A DNA stretch of 64,000 nt from an uncultured Gemmatimonadota bacterium (GTDB taxonomy: Bacteria; JAAXHH01), in NCBI GenBank assembly GCA_951812955.1, contig OX638340.1, forward strand, positions 2,240,001 through 2,304,000, given 5' to 3'. Shown here piece by piece: positions 37,224-47,607 of this stretch (position 1 is its first letter; each line of letters begins with the position of its first letter). The notes beneath the pieces were generated by a model. The model was not told where the DNA came from. It was given only the letters and a program-made list of their open reading frames with translations, and did not search any database. Position numbers and translations under genes: made by a program.

Positions 37224-38195
37224 TCAAGATGAAGAAGAACAGGTAAGCATGAAGTGCCGCGCAGCGCCGATGATGCCGGCGTCGTCGCCGAGTTTGGCAG
37301 GCACGATCCGCAGTATGCCGGCCGACCACTTGTAGGCCCGCCGCGCCACCTCGGCGCCGATGGGATTGAAGATTAGATCGCCCGCCTTAATCACGCCGCC
37401 TCCAATAACGATCAATTCGGGATTCAGCAGGTTGGTGAGGCTGGAAACGGCCGTACCGAGCAGCGTGGCGGACCGGTGCATCACTTCCCGCGCCGTATCG
37501 TCGCCCTGGCCGGCGGCCTCGGCGACCATGGCCGCATCGATTCGGTCCAGGTTGCCCCCGCTCATTTCCCTTAATACGCTCTTCCGGCGACCGTGCACCA
37601 GTTCCCGCGCCTGTTCGGCGATGGCCGTCGCCGAAGCATAGGCTTCCAGGCATCCCGGCGCGCCGCAGCCACACATCCTGCCGTTCTCCACGACGGTCAT
37701 ATGGCCGATCTCGCCGCCCGCGCCGTTGGAGCCGCGCCAGACTTCGTTGTTCATGATGATCGCGCCGCCCACGCCCGTCCCCAGGGTAATACATATGACG
37801 TTCGCCTTGCCGGCGGCGGCGCCTACCCAGTGCTCCCCGATGGCCGCGGCGTTGGCGTCGTTCTCGATCGTCACCGGCAGTCCCAGGCGTTCACGGAGGA
37901 TCGACTGGAGCGGAAGATCCACCCATTCCGGCACGTTCGGCGCGTATACCACGATCCCTGAATCCTCCGGAATCAACCCGGGCGTACCCACGCCCACGCC
38001 GGCCACGCGGCCCCTTCCGCAGGAGTCCATGGTCATCTCGACGCAGGTCACCAGCCGGTCGATCACCTCGCCGGCGGTGCGGCTGCCCGATATGGATTGC
38101 CAGGCCCTGTGGGATATGCGGCCGCCGTCGTCCACTACGGCGCTGTTGACATTGGTCCCCCCCAGGTCCACGCCTATGACCAGGTCTCGCTTCAT
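37224..38195 (-). CDS. glk: ROK-family glucokinase
   Basis: MKRDLVIGVDLGGTNVNSAVV (ATP-binding DxGGT) and the ROK zinc motif GHMTVVENGRMCGCGAPGCLE. The upstream 485 codons of the 808-aa ORF in the track are an Arg/Gly-rich read-through and are excluded. Confidence 0.85.
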   Translation of the reverse strand: MKRDLVIGVDLGGTNVNSAVVDDGGRISHRAWQSISGSRTAGEVIDRLVTCVEMTMDSCGRGRVAGVGVGTPGLIPEDSGIVVYAPNVPEWVDLPLQSILRERLGLPVTIENDANAAAIGEHWVGAAAGKANVICITLGTGVGGAIIMNNEVWRGSNGAGGEIGHMTVVENGRMCGCGAPGCLEAYASATAIAEQARELVHGRRKSVLREMSGGNLDRIDAAMVAEAAGQGDDTAREVMHRSATLLGTAVSSLTNLLNPELIVIGGGVIKAGDLIFNPIGAEVARRAYKWSAGILRIVPAKLGDDAGIIGAARHFMLTCSSSS

Positions 38196-39754
38196 GCCCG
38201 TTCCCTGCTTCCGGCCAGGTCCACGCCCGACATCGGCTCCGGAGCGGGTATGCCTATCATGGACAGCACGGTCGGCGCCACGTCCGCCAGCCGGCCACCG
38301 TCGCGAAGACGCGCGTTTCTCCCGGAATCGTCGACAAGGATGAGCGGCACGGGATTCGTAGTGTGTGCGGTATGGGGCGTGGAGGTGACGGGATCCACCA
38401 TCATCTCCGCGTTGCCGTGGTCCGCCGTGACGATCGCCCCGCCGCCGGCCGACCCGACCGCGTCCATTACCTCTCCCAGGCACCGGTCGACCGTCTCCAC
38501 GGCCGCAACCGCCGCGGGGAGCGAACCCGTATGGCCCACCATGTCCGGATTGGCGAAATTCACCAGCACGAAATCGTATTCCCCGCCGCGAAGGGCGCCG
38601 GCCACGCGGGATGCGACCTCGGGCGCGCTCATTTCGGGCTTCTCGTCGTAGGTGGCCACGTCCCGCGGAGAGGGGACCATTAACCGGTCCTCGCCGTCGA
38701 AAGGCCGCTCGTCGCCTCCGTTGAAGAAATAGGTGACGTGGGGGTATTTCTCCGTTTCCGCCACGCGCAGTTGCCTCCGTCCGGCACGGCTGATCGTTTC
38801 CCCCAGAATACAGGCCATGGGCTCGGGTGGACGGAAGGCGCAAGGCACATCGAAACGTGCATCGTAGGGCGTCATGGTGGCGACGCGTACGTCCGGCACG
38901 GTTCCGCGGCAGAAACCGTCGAAGTCCTCCTCGATGAAGGTCCGGACGATCTGGCGTCCTCGGTCCGCCCGGTAATTGAAGACGATCACCGCGTCGCCAT
39001 CCGCCATCGTCCCGGCGGGGCCGTCCCGCGTCGCCCCGATCACGGTGGGCGATACGAATTCGTCGGTTTCGCCCCGGTCGTAAGCCGCCTGGATCGCCTC
39101 CGCCGCGGAACCGGCCCGGTTCCCCTTTCCCGCGGTGAAGAGATCGTAGGCCCTGCGCACCCGATCCCACCGGTTGTCCCGGTCCATGGCGTAGAAACGT
39201 CCGGTCACGGTGGCGATGCGGCCCGTACCGAGCCGTTCGATAGTCTCCTGCAGCGTCCGCAGATAGGCCGGCGCGCTTCGGGGCGCCGTATCGCGGCCGT
39301 CCACGACTGCGTGCACCAGGACGCGGTCTCCTGTGAATCCCTGGCGGGAGGCCAGTTCCAGTAGCGTCAGGTAGTGTTTTTCGGCGCTGTGGACCAGTCC
39401 GTTCGATGTGAGTCCCAGCAGGTGCAGCCTGCCGCCCGTTCCACGGAGCCGTTCCAGGATTGCGGCAAACGCCGCGTTCTCGAAGAACCTGCCGTCGTCG
39501 ATGGCCTCGTTGATCCGGGTGACTTCCTGCCGCACCACCCGCCCGGCGCCCAGGTTGAGGTGGCCGACTTCCGAGTTGCCCATGATACCGGGAGGAAGAC
39601 CCACGTCTACACCCGATGCACTCAGCATGGTGTGAGGATACCGTTGCCACAGCCTGTCGAAGTTCGGCGTCTCCGCCAGCAAAACGGCGTTGGCGTCGCC
39701 GCGGGGGGCGATGCCCCAGCCGTCCAGGATGACAAGCGCGACGGGAGGATTCAT
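38192..39754 (-). CDS. gpmI: 2,3-bisphosphoglycerate-independent phosphoglycerate mutase
   Basis: MNPPVALVILDGWGIAPRGDANAV...MGNSEVGHLNLGAGR. The 3' end overlaps the glk start by 4 nt. Confidence 0.9.
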   Translation of the reverse strand: MNPPVALVILDGWGIAPRGDANAVLLAETPNFDRLWQRYPHTMLSASGVDVGLPPGIMGNSEVGHLNLGAGRVVRQEVTRINEAIDDGRFFENAAFAAILERLRGTGGRLHLLGLTSNGLVHSAEKHYLTLLELASRQGFTGDRVLVHAVVDGRDTAPRSAPAYLRTLQETIERLGTGRIATVTGRFYAMDRDNRWDRVRRAYDLFTAGKGNRAGSAAEAIQAAYDRGETDEFVSPTVIGATRDGPAGTMADGDAVIVFNYRADRGRQIVRTFIEEDFDGFCRGTVPDVRVATMTPYDARFDVPCAFRPPEPMACILGETISRAGRRQLRVAETEKYPHVTYFFNGGDERPFDGEDRLMVPSPRDVATYDEKPEMSAPEVASRVAGALRGGEYDFVLVNFANPDMVGHTGSLPAAVAAVETVDRCLGEVMDAVGSAGGGAIVTADHGNAEMMVDPVTSTPHTAHTTNPVPLILVDDSGRNARLRDGGRLADVAPTVLSMIGIPAPEPMSGVDLAGSRERA

Positions 39755-39888
39755 ATGGAAGTACGTACTCCGGACGTATCGATTCGGGTACCCATTACCC
39801 TTCTGGCGAAGGGCCAATTATGAAGAAAACGCGGAAGTCACTCCGCGTTTTCTGATGTGTCGATCGATATTCCGTAGATCAATTTGTG

Positions 39889-41370
39889 TTATTCTTCGGG
39901 GATCCGCAGGCCGATAAGAAACTGCGCATTGCCCCGCTGTATCCTGAATCGGATGGCCTGGCCGGGTTCGAATTCTCGGACGATGCCTAGGAATTCCTGT
40001 ACGCTGGACACCGACTCGCCGTTCACCTCGCGGATCAGGTCGCCCCGTTGCAGTCTCTTGTCCTCGGCCACGCTGCCCGCGCGAACCTGGGTGATCACCA
40101 CGCCCGAACCCGCCTCGTAGAAACGAGACCACTCCCGCGTCACATCCATGACGTCGATGCCGAGGTTGGTCGCGGGGCTCCTTCTGGGTTCGCTCGTCGA
40201 CGCGACGCGGGTCGGATCTCCATCGGGTAACTCGCCAAGTTCCAGCGCGATCGTCACCGGCGATCCTTCCCGTACGACCTCGATCTCAATTTCCGTCCCC
40301 GGAGCGATATCCGCGATCCGTTTCCGCAGGTCGTCCACGTCTTCCACGTCTTCCCCGTCGACCGCGACGATGACATCCTCCACCTGGAGATCGGAGTCGA
40401 TCGCCGGTCCGTCATCCACGATGTTGCTTATGAGCGCTCCCGCCTTGCTGTCCAGGCCCATGGATTCGGCCACGATCTCATCCAAATCTGCGATTTCCAC
40501 CCCCAGGTACCCGCGGCTCACGCGTCCGTCCTCGACCAGCCGGGTCATGATGTCCCGGGCCATGTTGGCCGGAACCGCGAAGCCGACGCCCTGGTACCCG
40601 CCGGTCCGGGTGGAAATGGCGGTGTTGATGCCCATGAGGTTCCCTTCCAGGTCGACCAGCGCGCCTCCGCTGTTCCCCGGATTGATGGCGGCGTCCGTCT
40701 GGATGAAGTTCTCGTAAGAGTTCGGTTCCAGTACGCGTCCCCGGCCCTTGGCGCTGACGATGCCCGCCGTGACGGTATGGTTCAGTCCGAAGGGATTGCC
40801 CACGGCCAGCACCCACTCGCCGACCCTCAACTTGTCCGAATCGCCAAAGGCCAACACGGGAAGATTATCGAAATCGATCTTGATGACGGCAAGATCTGTA
40901 CGGGGATCCAGTCCGACGATCTCCGCCTCCGTCTCCCGTTCGTCCGACAATTGAACGGTCAGTTTCTCCGCGTTTTCCACCACGTGGTTGTTCGTCACGA
41001 TGTAGCCGTCTTTCGACACGATCACCCCGGACCCCAGACCCTGGAACGGCCGCGGCCGTTGATTTCCCGGCGGTCCGCCGCCGAAAAACTCTTCGAAGGG
41101 ATTCCTGAACCGCTGCTGCGTCTGCGCGACCGCGCGTTTGCTCGTGATGAGTACAACGGAAGGCTTGACCCGCTCCGCGATGGTGGCGAAGGTCTCGCTG
41201 AATTCCTGCATCGACCGCTGGTCAGCGGCGACGACCGGTGTTATCGACCTGTTCTCGTCCTGTTCGACAATGGAGGCGTCCCAGTTGGAAATGAACAGGC
41301 CGCCGAGTACCATGCCCGTGATGAGCAGCGCCGCGCCGGCGAAGCCTCCTATATTCCTTTTCTCCGTCAT
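39889..41370 (-). CDS. HtrA/DegP-family periplasmic serine protease with two PDZ domains
   Basis: Signal/TM anchor, trypsin-like core GSGVIVSKDGYIVTNNHVV...GNSGGALVD, and two PDZ-like C-terminal segments. Confidence 0.9.
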   Translation of the reverse strand: MTEKRNIGGFAGAALLITGMVLGGLFISNWDASIVEQDENRSITPVVAADQRSMQEFSETFATIAERVKPSVVLITSKRAVAQTQQRFRNPFEEFFGGGPPGNQRPRPFQGLGSGVIVSKDGYIVTNNHVVENAEKLTVQLSDERETEAEIVGLDPRTDLAVIKIDFDNLPVLAFGDSDKLRVGEWVLAVGNPFGLNHTVTAGIVSAKGRGRVLEPNSYENFIQTDAAINPGNSGGALVDLEGNLMGINTAISTRTGGYQGVGFAVPANMARDIMTRLVEDGRVSRGYLGVEIADLDEIVAESMGLDSKAGALISNIVDDGPAIDSDLQVEDVIVAVDGEDVEDVDDLRKRIADIAPGTEIEIEVVREGSPVTIALELGELPDGDPTRVASTSEPRRSPATNLGIDVMDVTREWSRFYEAGSGVVITQVRAGSVAEDKRLQRGDLIREVNGESVSSVQEFLGIVREFEPGQAIRFRIQRGNAQFLIGLRIPEE

Positions 41371-41542
41371 GCTCGATCTCCCTTTCTATGCTGTTTTTGC
41401 CCTGCCATTTACAACTATGCATAATACCGGGCACGCGTCCCGGCGTCAAACGATTACGGTCTATCTGCGACTGCCTCTTCCCCTTCCCATCCGGTTTCGC
41501 CAAGCGTCAGTCCGCCGGCCACACCCCGCGCTTCGAGCAATT

Positions 41543-41636
41543 CCTGCCTCAGTTCAGATTCGCGTCCCGGGTCGAAACGGTCACGCCGTCCTGCCTCAGT
41601 TCAGATTCGCGTCCCGGGTCGAAACGGTCACGCCGC
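41543..41636. repeat. 47-bp perfect tandem duplication (x2) covering the last 13 codons, stop codon and 6 nt of 3' flank of lon
   Basis: cctgcctcagttcagattcgcgtcccgggtcgaaacggtcacgccg occurs twice back-to-back. Copy 2 contains the lon stop (TGA on the minus strand at 41596-41598). Confidence 0.85.
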
Positions 41637-44049
41637 CTTGCATGGACTCCACCCAGGTCCCGTCGCTTTCCGGGGTGTCGGCGGGTTCATCCATGAGCGC
41701 CAGTTCCAGGACCTGGTCGATATGGTCGACCAGGCAGAACCCGAGCTTCTCCTTAACGGCCGCGGGGACGTCGTCCAGGTCTTTCTCGTTCCGGCGGGGC
41801 AGGATGATGGTGGTGATACCGGCCCGCATCGCGCCGAGGACCTTCTCCTTGACGCCGCCGACCGGCATGACCTTCCCGCGCAGAGTGACCTCGCCGGTCA
41901 TGGCCAGATCGTTTCGTACCGGCCGGCCCGTGAGCAGGGAGGTCAGCACCGTCACGAGCGCCACGCCGGCGGACGGACCGTCCTTGGGGATAGCACCCAC
42001 GGGCAGATGGATATGTATGTCGTGCCGACCGAAGAACGCCGGGTCGATCTGCCATTCCTCGGCGTGCGACCTGACGTAGGTCATTGCGGCCCGGGCGGAT
42101 TCCTTCATCACGTCGCCCAGTTGGCCCGTAAGCGTCAGCCCCTTTCTGCCGGGCATCTTGCTGGCTTCGACAAACATGATCTCGCCGCCGGCCGGGGTCC
42201 AGGCCAGCCCGATCGCCACGCCGGGGTCTCCGGTGCGTTCCGCGGTCTCGGAGAAGTACTCGGGCGGACCCAGGTGCCGGTGCAGGTCACCTTCGGAAAT
42301 CTGGAAGGGTGGAGCCTGCCCTTCGGCGACCGAACGGGCCGATTTGCGGGCGACTGTGCGGATCTTCCGCTCCAGGTTGCGCAGGCCCGCCTCCCGGGTA
42401 TAATCGGAGATGATCCGGGCGATCGCCCGGTCGTCAAGACGCAGGTCATCCGTGGACAACCCGTGCGACTCCAGTTCCCTGGGAACGAGGTAGCGCCGCG
42501 CGATTTCGACCTTCTCCTCTTCCGTGTATCCCGACAGCTCGATGATCTCCATGCGGTCGCGCAGCGGCTCCGGTATGCCGGCCAGCATATTGGCAGTGGT
42601 CACGAACATGACGTTGGACAGGTCGAAGGGCAGATCGATGTAGTGATCGGTAAAGGTGTCGTTCTGTTCCGGGTCGAGCACTTCGAGCAGCGCGGAGGAG
42701 GGGTCTCCCCGGAAATCCCGGCCGAGCTTGTCGATCTCGTCCAGCATGAAGACCGGGTTGTTGGTGCCCGCCTTGCGGATGCTCTGGATGATGCGTCCCG
42801 GCAACGCGCCGATGTAGGTCCTGCGGTGTCCCCTGATCTCAGCCTCGTCATGCACACCGCCCAGCGATATGCGCACGAACCGTCGGCCCAGGGCGCGGGC
42901 GATCGACTTGCCGAGCGAGGTCTTGCCCACCCCCGGCGGACCCGCGAAACACAGGATGGAACCCTTCAGGTCCGGCTTCAGGCTCCGCACGGCCAGGTGT
43001 TCGAGGACGCGGTCCTTGATCTTCTCGAGGCCGTAGTGGTCTTCGTCCAGGATTTCCCGGGCCCGCTCGATGTCCAACTGATCATCCGATGAAACGGACC
43101 AGGGCAGCTCCGACAGCCACTCGAGATAGGTCCGCAGTGTCGAATACTCCGGAGAGACGGTCGGAATGCGCTCCAACCTTTTGAGTTCGCGCTCCGCTTC
43201 CGCCCGGGCCTCGCCAGGCAGGCCGGCTTCCTCGATCTTCTCGCGCAGGTCGGACAGGTCCTCGCCCTGTCCTTCGCCGTCTTCTCCGAGCTCCCGTTGT
43301 ATGGCCTTCATCTGCTCGCGGAGATAGTACTCGCGCTGTGCCTTGCCCATCTTGTCCTCGACCTGCGACTGGATGCGGCTGCCCGTCTCCGCCACTTCGA
43401 TCTCCCGGGTTATCAGGAATGTCAGCGCCTTCAGCCTTCCCTTGACATCGCTCAATTCCAGCATGGCCTGCTGGTCTTCGAGGGAAATCTTCAGATTGAA
43501 GGCGATGAAATCGGCCATTTTGGATGGCTGGTCCTCCAGGTTGAGCAGGGGGATGCGCAGCTCTTCGGACATGGTCGGGACCAGTTCGATCAGCCGCTGG
43601 AACTGCTCCGCCAGGTTGTGGGCCAGTGCCTTGCCTTCCATGGACTCATGTTTCTGCTCAGCCTGGAGTTCCACCCGGACGCGCATGATCGGCTCGGTTT
43701 CGAGCACGTCCAGTACACGTGCGCGGGCCACCCCGTGGACCACCGCGTGGAGGCTGTCTTCCGGCAGCTTCATCATCTTGTATATCCGAACCAGCGTACC
43801 GAATTTGTAGAGATCTTCGGGCGACGGCTGGTCCGTGTCCGGGTCCCGCTGCGCCAGGACCATGACCATCTTGTCCTGTTGTAGCGCCTCGTCCAGCGCC
43901 TTGACAGAACCCGTCCGGTCGGCTACCAGCGCGGCCGCCATATGGGGATACACGATCAGGTTGCGCACCGGCAGCACGGCGATGGACTCGATTACCGAGT
44001 TCTCCTGCAGGTTCAACGGTACTTCCTGGAGCGCCTTGATTTCAGCCAT
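41596..44049 (-). CDS. lon: ATP-dependent Lon protease
   Basis: 817 aa with the Lon N-domain, AAA+ Walker A GPPGVGKTSLGKSIA, and the protease domain with catalytic Ser in PKDGPSAGVALVT. Confidence 0.95.
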   Translation of the reverse strand: MAEIKALQEVPLNLQENSVIESIAVLPVRNLIVYPHMAAALVADRTGSVKALDEALQQDKMVMVLAQRDPDTDQPSPEDLYKFGTLVRIYKMMKLPEDSLHAVVHGVARARVLDVLETEPIMRVRVELQAEQKHESMEGKALAHNLAEQFQRLIELVPTMSEELRIPLLNLEDQPSKMADFIAFNLKISLEDQQAMLELSDVKGRLKALTFLITREIEVAETGSRIQSQVEDKMGKAQREYYLREQMKAIQRELGEDGEGQGEDLSDLREKIEEAGLPGEARAEAERELKRLERIPTVSPEYSTLRTYLEWLSELPWSVSSDDQLDIERAREILDEDHYGLEKIKDRVLEHLAVRSLKPDLKGSILCFAGPPGVGKTSLGKSIARALGRRFVRISLGGVHDEAEIRGHRRTYIGALPGRIIQSIRKAGTNNPVFMLDEIDKLGRDFRGDPSSALLEVLDPEQNDTFTDHYIDLPFDLSNVMFVTTANMLAGIPEPLRDRMEIIELSGYTEEEKVEIARRYLVPRELESHGLSTDDLRLDDRAIARIISDYTREAGLRNLERKIRTVARKSARSVAEGQAPPFQISEGDLHRHLGPPEYFSETAERTGDPGVAIGLAWTPAGGEIMFVEASKMPGRKGLTLTGQLGDVMKESARAAMTYVRSHAEEWQIDPAFFGRHDIHIHLPVGAIPKDGPSAGVALVTVLTSLLTGRPVRNDLAMTGEVTLRGKVMPVGGVKEKVLGAMRAGITTIILPRRNEKDLDDVPAAVKEKLGFCLVDHIDQVLELALMDEPADTPESDGTWVESMQGGVTVSTRDANLN

Positions 44050-44830
44050 GTCTTACCTCGCTTTCCCTGCCCTTGTGCCGCGTCCTCGGGCGTCCTCAAG
44101 AGGTGGCCGTCGCGAGACTCGGTTAGCCCTCGACCGTCAGTGAACGTCGCCGGGCCTGTTTCCATTCGCATGGCCATGGGAAGCGCCTCGCGGCTGCTTG
44201 ATTCATTATACGCACCAACCGGCCAATACGCTTCATTTGGCCTGGATTTCTACCGTACTACAGCAACATAGGGTGCAAACTCCATGCCACGATGATTCCG
44301 TGTCGACGACTTGATGATTCCGTGCCTCCTTCACGATGCTTCTGGGCCGACGGCATGGTAAATTCGCGCCACGCCAGGATTCTATTCGCGTATATGTGCC
44401 AATTTGGCATATCAGGTCGCACAAACTGCCATTTTAGCATGTGGCTTACTACAGAATCTCACACTATTTGGTCGGCAACTTCATCCCTCCGCTCGAATCC
44501 GTGTATGCCACGGCCTTCGCATAGCTATTCCGAACCGCGCCGGAGGTTTTTCTGCCCAGACCGTACTGCGCCTGTGTGATCTGCTGTCCGGACCGCGCTG
44601 CGCCAGTGTAATTTGCTACCCGGACTGCGATACGCCTTGTGTGTTCTACTTCCATCGAAACAGGTTGACAATTCGACGGTTCGGGTTACCATGTCGAGAA
44701 ATGATCGGCCTGCGTGTCCGTACTTAAACAGAGCGGTCTGTTCAGCCTGTTCCGGGGCAATCACGCGCCTGTTTTCGACGGAAACAGCCGCGACATTTCT
44801 CTGTCTACTGTCTCCATACGAGGAATACCC

Positions 44831-45298
44831 ATGAAACGTCCTTTCATTCGGATCTTGACGACCACGCTGTCATGCTTTCTTATCGCGGGATTGGCCATGG
44901 CGGGTTGCGGCGGCGAAGGCGGCGGAAGCCAGGACCATGCCGAAGAACCGGCCGAAAGCGAGGCGCCCGACCCGAACACCGAGGCGCGCCAGGAGTACAT
45001 GAGAGAGATCGCGCAGCTCTGCGAAGGGATCGCCCTGGCGATCGAGGAAGGATCCGTGGGGACGATCGGCGCCGACGTGTCGAATCTCAAGGGGGTCATG
45101 GAGGAAGTGTCTACGATGCCTCCGCGATACGATTCTTCGAGATTCGGGTTCTACGCCTCCGACTTCCAGATACGCGCCGACACGCTCATCGCAGCTGCGG
45201 AGACCGGTTCGGCCATCGAGGCCGACTCCGCGATGCAAGCCCTCGCGATCACCTGCGGCGTTTGCCATTACAACTGCAAGTTCCCGGCCGATCCGTAA
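44831..45298 (+). CDS. Cytochrome c'-like (class II c-type cytochrome) lipoprotein
   Basis: Lipoprotein signal (FLIAGLAMAGC), about 135-aa helical mature part, single CxxCH heme motif (CGVCH) about 12 residues from the C-terminus, as in cytochrome c'. Confidence 0.5.
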   Translation: MKRPFIRILTTTLSCFLIAGLAMAGCGGEGGGSQDHAEEPAESEAPDPNTEARQEYMREIAQLCEGIALAIEEGSVGTIGADVSNLKGVMEEVSTMPPRYDSSRFGFYASDFQIRADTLIAAAETGSAIEADSAMQALAITCGVCHYNCKFPADP

Positions 45299-45370
45299 TT
45301 CGCGGTTAGTTCCCGGCCGACCCGTAAATATCCGGCAAGTTCCCGGCCGATCCGTAATTCCCGCCAAGGA
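45279..45370. repeat. Three tandem copies of about 30 bp (agttcccggccgatccgtaa...), the first containing the last 6 codons and stop of the cytochrome gene
   Basis: aagttcccggccgatccgtaattcgcggtt / agttcccggccgacccgtaaatatccggca / agttcccggccgatccgtaattcccgcc. Confidence 0.8.
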
Positions 45371-45376
45371 GGAACC

Positions 45377-46360
45377 ATGATACGTCAATTCACCGCGGCG
45401 CTCGTCTGCGCCGCGCTCATAGCCGCGGCGTGCAGTGATTCCGAAGGGCCCGCGCCGTCCGAAGAGGAGCCCGCAACCGTGAACCCGATGAATGAATACG
45501 GCATGACGGCCAGCAACGTATTCCTGTACTACGCCGACGTAGAAGCGGCGACGGAGTTCTACACCCGGACCCTGGGCTTCGCCGTTGCGGCAGATTACGG
45601 GTTCGCCAAGATCCTCCGCGTCGCCCCGAGTTCCTTCATCACCCTCGTCGACGAAGAGATGGGCATGCACAGCGCCAGCGATCCCAAGACCGTGGCCATC
45701 GCCCTCATCACGGACCAGCTGGACGAGTGGTGGGACTACATGAAGGACCAGGAAGTAGAGATGCGGTCCACCTCCTACAACCCGGTCGAGGGACGTCCCC
45801 ATCACGGATTCGTCGCCATCGATCCGGAGGGTTACCTCCTGGAGTTCGAGCGGTTCAACGAACACGCCGAGAACGAGATGCTGGTCCCGGTGCTGAACGA
45901 GACCGAGACGATCTATCCCGCCGAAGGCACGTCCAATGTGCCTCCGGGACTGGGTTTCAAGGCGACGGTGGTGTGGTTCTACTACAAGGACATGCCCGCG
46001 ATCCAGGCCTTCTACGAAGAGGTCATGGGCTTCGACCTGATCGTGGACCAGGGGTGGACCAAGATCTACCGCATCTCGCCATCGGGCTACATGGGCCTCG
46101 TGGACGAGCAACGCGGCATGCACAACTTCACGGAGAAGAAGGCCGTCACCATGTCCTTCTGGACGGACCGTATCGACGACTGGTACGCCTACGTCAGCGG
46201 CCACGGCGACTTTGAAATGCGCTCCGAGAAGGTCGAGGAAACGGACCGGTACCGCGCCTTCGTCGCCTACGATCCGGAAGGCTACTTCCTTGAATGGAAC
46301 GTCTTCAAGGACGCGCCGGACAACGAGACGCTCCACAGAATGCTGCGGGGCGAAGAGTAG
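45377..46360 (+). CDS. Two-domain VOC (glyoxalase/bleomycin-resistance/extradiol dioxygenase) family lipoprotein
   Basis: Lipoprotein signal (ALIAAAC). Two internally repeated halves (FLYYADVEAATEFYTRTLGF ... VVWFYYKDMPAIQAFYEEVMGF), each ending in a YDPEGY.LE motif. Confidence 0.65.
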   Translation: MIRQFTAALVCAALIAAACSDSEGPAPSEEEPATVNPMNEYGMTASNVFLYYADVEAATEFYTRTLGFAVAADYGFAKILRVAPSSFITLVDEEMGMHSASDPKTVAIALITDQLDEWWDYMKDQEVEMRSTSYNPVEGRPHHGFVAIDPEGYLLEFERFNEHAENEMLVPVLNETETIYPAEGTSNVPPGLGFKATVVWFYYKDMPAIQAFYEEVMGFDLIVDQGWTKIYRISPSGYMGLVDEQRGMHNFTEKKAVTMSFWTDRIDDWYAYVSGHGDFEMRSEKVEETDRYRAFVAYDPEGYFLEWNVFKDAPDNETLHRMLRGEE

Positions 46361-46371
46361 AAGGAAGAAAC

Positions 46372-47607
46372 ATGCCGACCATCAGGCCCTACGACCCGGA
46401 ACGCGATCGAGACGCGATCATCCGGGTCTGGCGCGAAGTACATTGGATCACCAGCGACGTGCAGGCCAAGTGGGCGCCGCTGTTCATGGAGAAAACCCGG
46501 ACCGACGTGGCGGAGGTGAACGGCGAAGCGGAGTGCCAGGCTTCATCGACCGACGGGACGTTCCGCTACCAGGACGAAGACCTGGCCATGTCCGCCATCG
46601 TGGGCGTGACGACCAGCCGCGTCGCCCGCAAGCAACGTCTCGCCCAGCGGGTTACGGCGCACCGCATTGCCGAAGACGCCGCCCGGGGGGCGGAGATCTG
46701 CATGCTGACCATGTTCGAGCAGGGATTCTACGACCTGATGGGATTCGGCACGGGTCCCTACGGACACAGGGTGCGGTTCGATCCCGCCGACCTCACGATC
46801 GACCGGCCCTTCCGGGTGCCCAGGCGCCTGACCGCCGACGACTGGGAAATGATCCATTCCGCCATGGTAAACCGCAGGTTGACCCACGGTGGCTGCAGGC
46901 TGTATCCGGCGGAGTTGCTGCAGGTCGAACTGAATCACTCGGAGAAATCCTTCGTGCTGGGCTACTGCGATGGTCCAGGCGGCGAGCTGACCCACTTCTT
47001 CTGGGCGAGCGACAATGAAGAGCACGGTCCCTGCTATGTCTACATGATGGCCTACCAGGATCATTCCCAGCTCATGGAACTGCTCGCGCTCATGAAATCT
47101 CTCGGAGACCAGATTCGGCTCTTCCAGATCGTCGAACCCCCCGACGTGCAAATCCAGGACCTGATCAGGCAGCCCTTTCGGGCCAGGATCGTATCCGAAA
47201 AAGGTCCCTTCAACACACTGATTCGGGGTGATGGGTACTGGCAGGCCCGGATCTGCGACCTGGAAGCCTGCATGGCCAAGACCCGCCTGCACGGCCCGTC
47301 GACGCGGTTCAATCTTTCCCTGAGCGATCCCATCGAGAAGTACCTGGACGCCGGCGCGTCCTGGCGAGGTCTTAGTGGGGAGTACGTGGTCACGCTGGGT
47401 CCCGAGTCCCAGGCTGAACCCGGCGCCGACCCCGCACTACCTACGCTGGCCGCCTCCGTCGGCGCCTTCACCCGTCTCTGGCTCGGCGTTCGTCCCGCCA
47501 CCGGCCTGGCCGTCACCGACGACCTGTCCGGTCCCCCCGAACTGCTGTCCGCGCTGGATCGCACCCTGCGCCTGCCCGTGCCGGGGATGTGCGGGTGGGA
47601 GTTTTAG
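46372..47607 (+). CDS. Eis-like GNAT N-acetyltransferase with a C-terminal SCP2-like domain
   Basis: About 410 aa with tandem GNAT-like regions and a C-terminal TLAASVGAFTRLWLG segment like the Eis sterol-carrier domain. Start moved to the ATG at 46372. Confidence 0.55.
   Translation: MPTIRPYDPERDRDAIIRVWREVHWITSDVQAKWAPLFMEKTRTDVAEVNGEAECQASSTDGTFRYQDEDLAMSAIVGVTTSRVARKQRLAQRVTAHRIAEDAARGAEICMLTMFEQGFYDLMGFGTGPYGHRVRFDPADLTIDRPFRVPRRLTADDWEMIHSAMVNRRLTHGGCRLYPAELLQVELNHSEKSFVLGYCDGPGGELTHFFWASDNEEHGPCYVYMMAYQDHSQLMELLALMKSLGDQIRLFQIVEPPDVQIQDLIRQPFRARIVSEKGPFNTLIRGDGYWQARICDLEACMAKTRLHGPSTRFNLSLSDPIEKYLDAGASWRGLSGEYVVTLGPESQAEPGADPALPTLAASVGAFTRLWLGVRPATGLAVTDDLSGPPELLSALDRTLRLPVPGMCGWEF

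Noticed and set aside
37224-39650. 808-aa minus-strand ORF in the track
   Set aside because: Only the C-terminal 323 aa (ROK glucokinase) look like protein. The N-terminal 485 aa are an Arg/Gly/Pro-rich read-through lying antisense or out of frame to the real gpmI gene (38192-39754).
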